From an uncultured Clostridia bacterium (GTDB lineage Bacteria > Bacillota > Clostridia > Christensenellales > UBA1242), in NCBI GenBank assembly GCA_944381235.1, contig CALWKI010000042.1, positions 1 through 51,552 on the forward strand: a DNA stretch of 51,552 nt, in the 5' to 3' direction. A program made the translations under genes and the position numbers. Positions 41,786 through 50,067 of the stretch are shown one piece after another. How positions within the stretch are numbered: position 1 is the first letter of the stretch; each line of letters starts with the position of its first letter. The notes under the pieces are model-generated. The model did no database searches. It was not told the DNA's origin and was given only the letters and a program-made list of their open reading frames with translations.

Positions 41786-42664
41786 TTAATTATAAAATTC
41801 AAACATCGCTTTCTTTAGTATTTCCTCGTTTTCTTTTTCTAGTTTTGTTAATGGTAGACGTACAGAGTTTTCACAAAGATTCATAACTTCGCAGGCATAT
41901 TTAACAGGAATAGGATTTACCTCAATAAACATATCTTTATTGATTTCATCCAATTTTTCTTGCAGTCTCCTTGCCTCGTCATACTCTTTTTTAAGACTTT
42001 TATGAACAACTTCGTTTACTTCTCTTGGAAAAACATTTGCCGTTACACTTATACATCCAGATGCACCCAGTGTCATAAAAACATAATTTAAACTATCTTC
42101 GCCTGAGTAGACGGCCATTTTACCACGAAGCAAACTACACGTCCTCATTATTTGATTTATGCTACCATTTGCCTCTTTTATTCCACAAATATTTGGAATC
42201 TCACTTAGTTTTTGGGCAGTTTCTGGCAAAACATTAACTCCAGTTCTACTTGGAACGTTATAGACAATAACAGGAATACTTACGCTTTCACAAATTTTTG
42301 TGTAATGTTCTATAAGTCCAATCTGCGTACATTTGTTATAATATGGAGTAACAATAAGCAGCGCGTCTGCACCCAAACTTTCAGCCCTTTTACTGTCAAG
42401 TATAGTTTTTTTAGTACTATTGCTACCTGTTCCAACAATTAAAGGAACTTTGCCGTTTATTTTACTTTTAGCAAATGTTATTATGCTTTCTTTTTCTTCT
42501 TCACTTAAAGTTGATGGCTCACCCGTCGTACCAAGAACGACAATAGCATCCGTTCTATTTGCAAGTTGAAAATCAATTAAGCGTCCAAGGCTTTCATAAT
42601 CTACCTTATCATTTTTAAAAGGAGTAACAAGCGCAACGCAACTACCTATAAAAACAGTTTTCAT
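41786..42664 (-). CDS. dapA: 4-hydroxy-tetrahydrodipicolinate synthase
   Basis: GTTGE, PYYNK, YNVPSRTG, GIKEA. Confidence 0.97.
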   Translation of the reverse strand: MKTVFIGSCVALVTPFKNDKVDYESLGRLIDFQLANRTDAIVVLGTTGEPSTLSEEEKESIITFAKSKINGKVPLIVGTGSNSTKKTILDSKRAESLGADALLIVTPYYNKCTQIGLIEHYTKICESVSIPVIVYNVPSRTGVNVLPETAQKLSEIPNICGIKEANGSINQIMRTCSLLRGKMAVYSGEDSLNYVFMTLGASGCISVTANVFPREVNEVVHKSLKKEYDEARRLQEKLDEINKDMFIEVNPIPVKYACEVMNLCENSVRLPLTKLEKENEEILKKAMFEFYN

Positions 42665-42668
42665 TCCG

Positions 42669-43667
42669 TCATCTTCCCTCCTTCTTATACTCTAAGAGAC
42701 ACTCAAGAATTTGTACGGCATTTGTCGCGGCTCCCTTTCTAATGTTATCAGCAACAACCCAAATATTAAGCCCATTTTTAACAGTCTCATCTCTTCTTAT
42801 TCTACCTACAAAAACCTTATCTTGCCCGTCTACATTACAAGGCATAGGATAAAGGTTGTTTCTTATGTCATCTAACACAACCAAATTATCCATTTCTTCA
42901 AAATCACGTCTAATTTGGTCAATATCAAACTCTTTTTCAAGTTCAACATTTACACTTTCACTATGAACATTAAAAACAGGGACTCTAACCGTTGTCGCAG
43001 TTACAAGTATACTTTCATCATGCAAAATCTTTTTTGTCTCAAAACTCATTTTTTCTTCTTCACGCGTATACCCATTTTCCAAAAAATCATCAATGTGAGG
43101 TATTACATTTGAAAAAATTTGATGCACGAATTTTTTTGGTGGAATAGATTTCATGCCTTCATTTAAATCGTCACACCCTTTTTGCCCTGCACCAGATACA
43201 GCCTGATAAGTTGACACAACAACTCGTTTAACTTTATATTTATCATTTAGTACCTTAAGTGGCAAAACCATTTGAATTGTCGAACAGTTTGGGTTTGAAA
43301 TAATACCATGATGATTTAAAATATCTTCTTTATTTACTTCAGGCACAACAAGAGGAACCTCTGTGTCTCGCCTAAAAGCACTAGAGTTATCAATTACTAC
43401 CGCCCCATAACGAGCAAAAATAGGTGCAAATTCTTTAGAAATTGTGCCACCAGCCGAAAATAGAGCGTAGTCTATTCTTTTGTCTTTTATATTTTTCTCG
43501 TTTAGTTCAAGTATAGAATATTCTTTATCAAAAACTTTTATTTGTCGCCCAGCGCTTTTTTTACTCGCATACAAATAAAAGTTATCTGCTTTGATACCTC
43601 TTTCTTCTAAAACCTCAATAAACTTATTTCCTACCTTTCCAGTAGCGCCAACAATAGCAATATTCAT
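42669..43667 (-). CDS. asd: Aspartate-semialdehyde dehydrogenase
   Basis: VGATG, IDNSSAFR, NPNCST, DNIRKGAATN. Confidence 0.97.
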   Translation of the reverse strand: MNIAIVGATGKVGNKFIEVLEERGIKADNFYLYASKKSAGRQIKVFDKEYSILELNEKNIKDKRIDYALFSAGGTISKEFAPIFARYGAVVIDNSSAFRRDTEVPLVVPEVNKEDILNHHGIISNPNCSTIQMVLPLKVLNDKYKVKRVVVSTYQAVSGAGQKGCDDLNEGMKSIPPKKFVHQIFSNVIPHIDDFLENGYTREEEKMSFETKKILHDESILVTATTVRVPVFNVHSESVNVELEKEFDIDQIRRDFEEMDNLVVLDDIRNNLYPMPCNVDGQDKVFVGRIRRDETVKNGLNIWVVADNIRKGAATNAVQILECLLEYKKEGR

Positions 43668-43748
43668 CTTTTCTTCTCCAATTATATTTAGGTCAATAAA
43701 AGCCTACCCCACCAAAAGACTATATTCTATTTTGGCAACAACTTGTTA

Positions 43749-45089
43749 CTAGTTGTTATTAAAAAAGTTTTTTAAACCATTTGATAAATTAATAAATTTT
43801 GAATAACTTACCCTCTCATTTACAGTATTTTCTGCATAGACTGGAAGCGAAAGTAGTGAAACATCCAATTTTTTAATTTCATTTTGAAATATCCCACCTT
43901 CGCTTATTCCCTTATACATCTTATTTTTTGAGTTTAAAAAATTAAAAGTTTTTAGTAAATTATTTGTTACACCCAAGTCTTCATATGAACTAAAGTTTGG
44001 ATAAATTGACTTTACCGCACAAGAATAATTATTTTTCTTGCATGCCCCCTCAATATTGTCATATTGTCTTTTTGCCTCTTTTTCATCATCAGCCATGATT
44101 GTAAAATTTATAAGTCCCGTGTCACTATCTATACCTTTCAAGGTTTGGCAAAGAAATTCGTCTTCATAATCTCGAAGTACGCCTTGTTTAAACTCGTCAA
44201 TAAAAATTAGAACCGACGTGTTACTTAAAACCAAACTATTTGTAATTTGTCTAGAACATTTAAGAAAAATTTTTGGATAAGTCTTTTTTTGTTCAATATA
44301 AAAAAACTTTATAATTCGCTTTAATTCCCTTTCGCTTGTTAATGTTGAAAAAACAACTTCGTTTTTTAAAACAAAGTCTTTAACAATACAAAATGACATT
44401 TTATTTATGTATAAATGAGGTATTTTTCTTAGTAATAAACTTACAACATCCACATAAATATTTTTATTTGGTACATAAGGTAAATTATTTATGCTTAATT
44501 TAAATGTCTTAAGATTTATATCATTTTTTAAAAAAATTTTTTCGTTATTAAACTTTATAACCCCGTCAATGCCATAACAACTTTTATTGTAAATATTATC
44601 TGTTTCATCCGTTTCAAAACAAATCATCCGTTTTGAAGAGATTTTTTTATGTTCAATTTGTCTAGCACCTAGCATGTTATTATACTTTAAAGAGGTAAAT
44701 ATTCCTTCAATATTAATAGGAAGTCCCGAGTCCAAAAGTTCTAAAATAAGCGACATACCAATAGCACTTCCTGCACCAAAAGAACTATCTTTTGCCTGCA
44801 AGAAGTCACCTTTTTTAATTAAACAAATACTATTTTTTAAAGAAAAATCAACTCTAGATTTAGGTGTTTTTACACAAAACATATCAATATTTGTTTGAAA
44901 AGCAATACTAGGCTCGCTCGAATCATTTTTGTAAATGATAACATTATTATATTCGTCAGTATAATATTTAAGATTCCTTGAATTTGCAAATTCTATTAAA
45001 TAATCGCACGTAGCCTTTTCCGTTTGACGCGGGAGACTCACTATTTCATTTAAAAAATCCATCGCACTTTTGCTTGTGTAACTTAACAT
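43749..45089 (-). CDS. PepD (M20C dipeptidase)-like protein with substituted metal ligands
   Basis: SLPR, DYLIEFA, TDEYNNVII, FQTNIDMFCVK, SSFGAGSAIG, EGIFT resemble the PepD N-terminus; start uncertain (45089 or 45122). Confidence 0.7.
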   Translation of the reverse strand: MLSYTSKSAMDFLNEIVSLPRQTEKATCDYLIEFANSRNLKYYTDEYNNVIIYKNDSSEPSIAFQTNIDMFCVKTPKSRVDFSLKNSICLIKKGDFLQAKDSSFGAGSAIGMSLILELLDSGLPINIEGIFTSLKYNNMLGARQIEHKKISSKRMICFETDETDNIYNKSCYGIDGVIKFNNEKIFLKNDINLKTFKLSINNLPYVPNKNIYVDVVSLLLRKIPHLYINKMSFCIVKDFVLKNEVVFSTLTSERELKRIIKFFYIEQKKTYPKIFLKCSRQITNSLVLSNTSVLIFIDEFKQGVLRDYEDEFLCQTLKGIDSDTGLINFTIMADDEKEAKRQYDNIEGACKKNNYSCAVKSIYPNFSSYEDLGVTNNLLKTFNFLNSKNKMYKGISEGGIFQNEIKKLDVSLLSLPVYAENTVNERVSYSKFINLSNGLKNFFNNN

Positions 45090-45280
45090 AGACCCCTCAT
45101 AAATAAATAAATAATGATACAAAAAAAGGTAATGATCTCTATAGTATTTTATATCATTACCAGTTTTTTATCAAGTATATTAAATTATTAAATAACATTT
45201 TTTATTTAAACGAAAAAAGAAGAGAAGAAAAATTCTCCTCTTAAAATATTTTTGCAAAAAAACAAAATGAAGCAAATTAA

Positions 45281-45478
45281 TTATTTGCTTTCTTTTTCTT
45301 TTTGATGAATAGCAACAACTTCCTTACCATCATAGTATCCGCACTCACTACAAACTGTGTGTGGACGCACCATTGCCTTACAATGAGGGCACTCAACAAG
45401 CGTTGGATTAACTGCCTTCCAATTTGCTTTTCTACTATCTCTTCTTGCTTTACTAACTTTTCTTTTTGGTACTGCCAT
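45281..45478 (-). CDS. rpmF: 50S ribosomal protein L32 (zinc-ribbon form)
   Basis: MAVPKRKVSKARRD, CPHC/CSEC. Confidence 0.98.
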   Translation of the reverse strand: MAVPKRKVSKARRDSRKANWKAVNPTLVECPHCKAMVRPHTVCSECGYYDGKEVVAIHQKEKESK

Positions 45479-45482
45479 TTTT

Positions 45483-45998
45483 CTACTCTCCCCTAACTTC
45501 TTTTATTTTGCCAAATGGATTCTCTTCTTTCCTCTCTATCTCGTCTAAATTACTTTCACAATTACACTTTTGGTAATTTTTATTTTTTCCGCAAACACTA
45601 CAAAGCCCTTTGCAATCTTCACGACATAAAACCCGAGATGAAAGATTAAGTAGTAAGTTGTCTGACACAGCCTCGTCAATATTAATGCCTGCCTGATTAA
45701 TCAAATAGTCTTCCACATTATGAGAATTATAATTTTCAACAAACTCCTCGTCTATTTTAAATTTAAATTCCCTTTCAAACACCTCACCACAATTATCACA
45801 CATACATTGCAATCTACAACTAGCATCGGCTGACAAGTTTAATTTTTCATTTTGGTAAAAGAAACTGCCCTTTACTCGCACTGGAGTTAAAAGTTTAATG
45901 TTTCTTGTGTCAAGTAAATCTTGCTCAAGTCTACAATCTACTTCAAAACTTTGCTTTTCCCCAGGTTTTGCCTTTGCTCTCATTATATTTAACAACAT
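45483..45998 (-). CDS. YceD/DUF177 family protein
   Basis: CDNC, LCREDCKGLCSVCG; upstream of rpmF. Confidence 0.92.
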   Translation of the reverse strand: MLLNIMRAKAKPGEKQSFEVDCRLEQDLLDTRNIKLLTPVRVKGSFFYQNEKLNLSADASCRLQCMCDNCGEVFEREFKFKIDEEFVENYNSHNVEDYLINQAGINIDEAVSDNLLLNLSSRVLCREDCKGLCSVCGKNKNYQKCNCESNLDEIERKEENPFGKIKEVRGE

Positions 45999-46059
45999 AG
46001 CAATAATATTATATTTACTTTGACTATATTTGTCAATGCTTTTAAAATTCTTTTTTGTT

Positions 46060-46287
46060 TTATTTTTTTATAATTTCTTCGACCTCAAACCCAAGGGTAT
46101 TGATTGCGTCAATTATCACTCTGTCCTCTATTTCTTTTTTGGAAGATAGAAAGGCGTTTTTATTTTCGAGGCTAACAACCACATCTGTGACGCCCTTTAT
46201 GTCCTTTAATTTATTTGTAACTCTACTAACACACCCCATACAATGCATGCCTGAAATTTTAATTTCCTTTTTAAATTCATCTTTCAT
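46060..46287 (-). CDS. copZ: CopZ-like heavy-metal chaperone (HMA domain)
   Basis: GMHCMGC; start moved to the ATG 46287 behind AGGAG. Confidence 0.85.
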   Translation of the reverse strand: MKDEFKKEIKISGMHCMGCVSRVTNKLKDIKGVTDVVVSLENKNAFLSSKKEIEDRVIIDAINTLGFEVEEIIKK

Positions 46288-46300
46288 CTTTTTTACTCCT

Positions 46301-48496
46301 CTATTTTTTAAGTCTAAGCGCATTTAATACAACTGTCAAACTACTTAAAACCATTGCTATGCCAGCTATCATTGGATTTATTATAACCCCTATAAAACTA
46401 AACGCTCCAGTTGCAATGGGTACCATAAGCGTGTTATAGAAAAACGCCCAAAAGAGATTTTGTTTTATATTTTTTATTGTGCGTTTACCAATGTCAAGTA
46501 AATCACCAATTCTTGTCAAATTATCATTCATAAGCACAACGTCGCTTGAGGACATTGCAATATCTGTGCCATTACTAACACTAACTCCTATGTCTGCACT
46601 CGCTAGTGCTGGGCTATCATTTATCCCGTCTCCGCACATTAATACATGTTTACTTTCTTTTTTTAGTTTACCAATTATTTTGCTTTTTTCACTTGGTAAA
46701 ACCCCTGCGTAAACGGTTTTAATATTAAGTTCATGCGCAATACTTTCCGCAACCTCTTTTGAGTCGCCGGACAAAAGCACCACCTCAATATTTTTATTTT
46801 GTAACTTTTTTACAATTTCTTTGGCGTCATCTTTTATAATATCACTTACCACATAAAGCCCAACAAGTTCGTTTTCGACCGCAACATACACTATACTCCC
46901 AAGCGCACCTATTTCTTTTTCAATGTTAGGTTGTTTATTTTTTACCTTAAATTTACTAAGAATTTTATTGTTTCCACAAATTATTGTTTTGTTCTGAATC
47001 TTACCTATAATTCCCATACCGTTTATATTTTTAAAGTCATCTACTTGAAACGCCTCCACTTTTTCTTCACTTGCCCTTTGAGAAAACGCATTTTTTATTG
47101 GATGAGTAGAAAGCGCCTCAAGACTATAAACATATTTGATTATTTCTTTTTCGTTTAATCCCGCGCTAAAATTTATAAACTTTGCAATTTTTAGATTGCC
47201 GTATGTAAGCGTTCCAGTTTTATCAAAGACTACAGTATCAATTTTACTTGCTATTTCAAGCGTCTCACTATTTTTTACAAGAATTCCTTTTGAGGCGCAC
47301 TTTCCAACACTAATTACAATCGCAAGCGGAGTTGATAAACCTAAAGCACACGGACACGCAACCACAAGCACCGTTACAAAAAAATTAAGTGCTACGTTGA
47401 ATCCCATACCTAAACACAAATAAACAATAAATGTTACAAGAGCAATTCCCATAACACAAGGAACAAAAATACCACTTACTTTATCTGCTAATTTTGATAT
47501 TTTCATTTTGGTATTTGTCGCCTCAACGACTAGTCTCACAATCTCAGAAACTGTAGAGTCTCGACCAATTTTTTCAGCCTCATATTCAATGTAACCATCA
47601 AAATTAATACTTCCCGCAACAACCTTATCTCCTTGCACCTTTTTAACGGGCATACTTTCGCCAGTAATAAATGCCTCGTCAATATGAGTACTCCCATTAA
47701 TTATTATCCCGTCAACTGCAATTTTTTCTCCTGGTCTACAAATTAACGTGTCCCCTTTTTGTATTTCGTCTATACTAACCTCTTTTTCTTCTGCACCGAC
47801 CTTTAAACGCGCTATATTTGGGGTTATTTGTACAAGTTTTTTTATTGCCTCTCTTGTTTTATCTTTGTTTGTCTTATCAATAAAGCGACCCAGTTTTATA
47901 AAATAAATAATTATGGCACACGACTCAAAATAAAGATTATGTACAGAACTAGTCTTGCCTAGCATTACCATAACAAAAGAATAGATACTGTAACCAAGAC
48001 TACTCGTTACACCAAGTGCAACAAGGGTATCCATATTTGGCACACCAAGAAATAAACTTTTTATACCATTTTTTATAATATCAAATCCGTAAACTAAAAA
48101 TGGCACGACAAGAACAAGTAACACTATTGAATATGTTTTTGGATTAATATTGTAGTCTAAAAATCGTGGCAAAGGCACCCCAAACATACTAAACATAGAA
48201 ACATACAAAACAATAACAGCAAGTATAGAAAAAATGATAAAGAATATTTTTTCTTTACTTCTCCTTTTCTCTTCTTTTAGTTTGTATATGCCGGTGCTTT
48301 TAAACCCAACGTCATTTATAAATTTTTCAATTTTTGATTTATCAAGTTTTGTTTCATCATAGTCAATAGTTGCATTTGCCATAACAAGATTAACGTTAAT
48401 ATCAATTATCCCGTCTTGCTTCTTTAGGTATTTTTCAATCCCTTGTGAACATGCACTACAACTCATGCCGTCAATACCAAGAATTATTCTCTTCAT
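46301..48496 (-). CDS. copA: Cu(I)-translocating P1B-type ATPase
   Basis: GMSCSAC, TGES, CPC, DKTGT, GDGIND, FFYN and MVLSS TM motifs. Confidence 0.93.
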   Translation of the reverse strand: MKRIILGIDGMSCSACSQGIEKYLKKQDGIIDINVNLVMANATIDYDETKLDKSKIEKFINDVGFKSTGIYKLKEEKRRSKEKIFFIIFSILAVIVLYVSMFSMFGVPLPRFLDYNINPKTYSIVLLVLVVPFLVYGFDIIKNGIKSLFLGVPNMDTLVALGVTSSLGYSIYSFVMVMLGKTSSVHNLYFESCAIIIYFIKLGRFIDKTNKDKTREAIKKLVQITPNIARLKVGAEEKEVSIDEIQKGDTLICRPGEKIAVDGIIINGSTHIDEAFITGESMPVKKVQGDKVVAGSINFDGYIEYEAEKIGRDSTVSEIVRLVVEATNTKMKISKLADKVSGIFVPCVMGIALVTFIVYLCLGMGFNVALNFFVTVLVVACPCALGLSTPLAIVISVGKCASKGILVKNSETLEIASKIDTVVFDKTGTLTYGNLKIAKFINFSAGLNEKEIIKYVYSLEALSTHPIKNAFSQRASEEKVEAFQVDDFKNINGMGIIGKIQNKTIICGNNKILSKFKVKNKQPNIEKEIGALGSIVYVAVENELVGLYVVSDIIKDDAKEIVKKLQNKNIEVVLLSGDSKEVAESIAHELNIKTVYAGVLPSEKSKIIGKLKKESKHVLMCGDGINDSPALASADIGVSVSNGTDIAMSSSDVVLMNDNLTRIGDLLDIGKRTIKNIKQNLFWAFFYNTLMVPIATGAFSFIGVIINPMIAGIAMVLSSLTVVLNALRLKK

Positions 48497-48748
48497 TATA
48501 ACCTCAAGGTTTATTATATTTTATTTTACATAAAAAAGTAAAATATTTTATAAAATAATTGTGGCAAAAAATCTTTTTTACAATAATCATCTCAAAAATT
48601 TATGTGACTCCCACTGAAAAAAGTATAGTTTAAAAAAATAAAGAAAAGGAGGTTAAAGACAATGAGAGATTGTTTACACAATCTCTCGGTCGACAAATTC
48701 AATTTTCAAGCAGTCCGTAAAGTGTGTAAAATGACCAAAAAAAGATAA

Positions 48749-48773
48749 AACCCGCTTTGAATAAAAGCGGGTT
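48749..48773 (-). terminator. Intrinsic terminator downstream of the tRNA-Tyr 3' end
   Basis: Perfect 10-bp stem AACCCGCTTT/AAAGCGGGTT followed on the minus strand by TTATCTTTTTTT. Confidence 0.75.
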
Positions 48774-48797
48774 ATCTAAAAAGTCGCATTGACGCGC

Positions 48798-48850
48798 TGG
48801 TGGGCAGGGATGGATTCGAACCATCGAAGGCTCAGCCGACGGATTTACAG
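48798..48850 (-). pseudogene. 3' fragment of tRNA-Tyr(GTA); prophage attachment site
   Basis: Minus strand CTGTAAA-TCCGT-CGGCTGAGCC-TTC-GATGGTTCGAATCCATC-CCTGCCC-ACCA gives anticodon loop, long variable arm, T-arm, acceptor 3' strand and CCA; the 5' half (GGGCAGG..., D-arm) is absent. Confidence 0.9.
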
Positions 48851-48932
48851 GCTTAACCTCAAAATCGAAAAAATTAATATATACTTTTATTTTAAAGGAA
48901 ATTAAAAGATTAAAAGAATTATTTATTTTCAC

Positions 48933-48954
48933 TTGACCCAAAATTTGACCCAAA
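48933..48954. repeat. Tandem 10-bp direct repeat, candidate integrase arm-type sites
   Basis: TTGACCCAAA at 48933-48942 and 48945-48954 (12-bp period), about 80 bp inside the att junction. Confidence 0.65.
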
Positions 48955-48964
48955 TTAAAATACA

Positions 48965-48995
48965 AAAAAAATAACTGGTATTCAGTTATTTTTTT
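48965..48995 (-). terminator. Hairpin overlapping the rep stop codon
   Basis: Perfect 13-bp inverted repeat AAAAAAATAACTG/CAGTTATTTTTTT with 5-nt loop. Confidence 0.55.
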
Positions 48996-49993
48996 AATGT
49001 ATAGATATAGGCTTTGTCGGTTTCTTTAAAGTGAATATAGTTAAGTAGACTAACCGAATTTAAAAAGTTTTGTTTTTCCTCGTCAGTGTAGTATGAAACT
49101 AGTTTATTATAAAAGTCCAAATTATTTGTATGCCAATATGTTTTTTTCTTAAAAGATACTTTGACATTATCTTTTAAAAAATACTTTGAAAGATAATTTG
49201 CAAGTTTGTCAGAGTTTGCGTCTTTTATTTTAACTATTGTTAAATGACCTTCTGAGTAAATTTTAGGGTCTATGTTATATACCGGGTCGTTAAATTCATT
49301 GACTAATTGTTGCATATAATATTTATTCGGTAATTTGTTGCCCTTTTTATCTTCATAGTACTCACCGGAATTAATAGCAATGCGAAGATATTTGTCAAGG
49401 TTGCAGTTACCAATAAGTCCGTGAAAATGTAAACCGCCTTTTTTATGATGTTCCCTAACACATATTATTTTTATATTTGGGAACCTATATTGCATTTTTT
49501 GTCTAAAAAGTTTCCAAACATAATTGACTTGTTCTTCTGATAGCTTGTCCTTTTTTGCCAAAGTTAAAGTCAAAAAGTAAGACCAATCATTACAGCGAGT
49601 ATAACCATAAAAATTTTGAGTTGCTCGTTTACGGGAATCTTTTAAACAATTCAGCAATTTAAAAATATCGCCATTTAGATTTTTCTCAGTTGGGACAAGA
49701 ACGCCATGGTCGTCATACATCCAATTTTTGCCTCTATCTACATTTATATTTACGTCCATTGTACCACGTTGCCAAAAGGCATCTTTAAAGATAAGCACTT
49801 CTCGAGTATTTTTATACTCATTTATGACAACGTTTGCTTTACAATCTTTTACATATGGGCATTTAAGATAATTTGGACAACTAAATTGACGTTTTACATT
49901 CAAACAAAATTCGCAAAGTTCTTTTGTTTGATACTTTTTTATAGGAGATAAATCTATCTCTTTCATATCATTTTGATTAAATCCGTTAGACAT
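48986..49993 (-). CDS. HUH-superfamily rolling-circle replication initiator (Rep)
   Basis: Motif I YFLTLT, motif II REHHKKGGLHFHGLI, motif III LANYLSKYFLK (two Tyr); GAGGAG RBS. Confidence 0.9.
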   Translation of the reverse strand: MSNGFNQNDMKEIDLSPIKKYQTKELCEFCLNVKRQFSCPNYLKCPYVKDCKANVVINEYKNTREVLIFKDAFWQRGTMDVNINVDRGKNWMYDDHGVLVPTEKNLNGDIFKLLNCLKDSRKRATQNFYGYTRCNDWSYFLTLTLAKKDKLSEEQVNYVWKLFRQKMQYRFPNIKIICVREHHKKGGLHFHGLIGNCNLDKYLRIAINSGEYYEDKKGNKLPNKYYMQQLVNEFNDPVYNIDPKIYSEGHLTIVKIKDANSDKLANYLSKYFLKDNVKVSFKKKTYWHTNNLDFYNKLVSYYTDEEKQNFLNSVSLLNYIHFKETDKAYIYTLKK

Positions 49994-50026
49994 AGTTTAC
50001 TCCTCTTTTTAAAATTTTTCTGCTTA

Positions 50027-50057
50027 AGTGTCCCCATTATCAAGTAAAGGGGACACT
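50027..50057 (-). other. Predicted double-strand origin (nick-site hairpin)
   Basis: Minus strand AGTGTCCCC-TTTACTTGATAAT-GGGGACACT: perfect 9-bp stem with CTTGATA in the loop, 33 bp upstream of the rep ATG. Confidence 0.78.
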
Positions 50058-50067
50058 GTTTTTTTGT

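Noticed and set aside
43668-43748. Lysine riboswitch upstream of asd
   Set aside because: The gap is only about 80 bp and lacks the multi-stem L-box architecture.
45128-45161. GGTAATGAT/ATCATTACC inverted repeat as a Fur box
   Set aside because: The 16-nt spacer does not match Fur geometry; it could equally be a terminator or overlap the pepD-like promoter by chance.
48798-48890. Intact or intron-split tRNA-Tyr
   Set aside because: No 5' acceptor strand or D-arm upstream. The break is at the 5' edge of the anticodon loop and is followed by phage-like genes, which fits an att site rather than a group I intron.
48699-48965. 88-aa minus-strand ORF
   Set aside because: Runs across the att junction, tRNA fragment and terminator with no RBS or protein motif; spurious.
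48986-49993. IS91 or IS200/IS605 transposase, or conjugative relaxase
   Set aside because: Motif order I-II(HUH)-III(YxxKY), an upstream CTTGATA hairpin and a neighbouring pI-like gene fit a replication initiator. Relaxases place the catalytic Tyr N-terminal to HUH.
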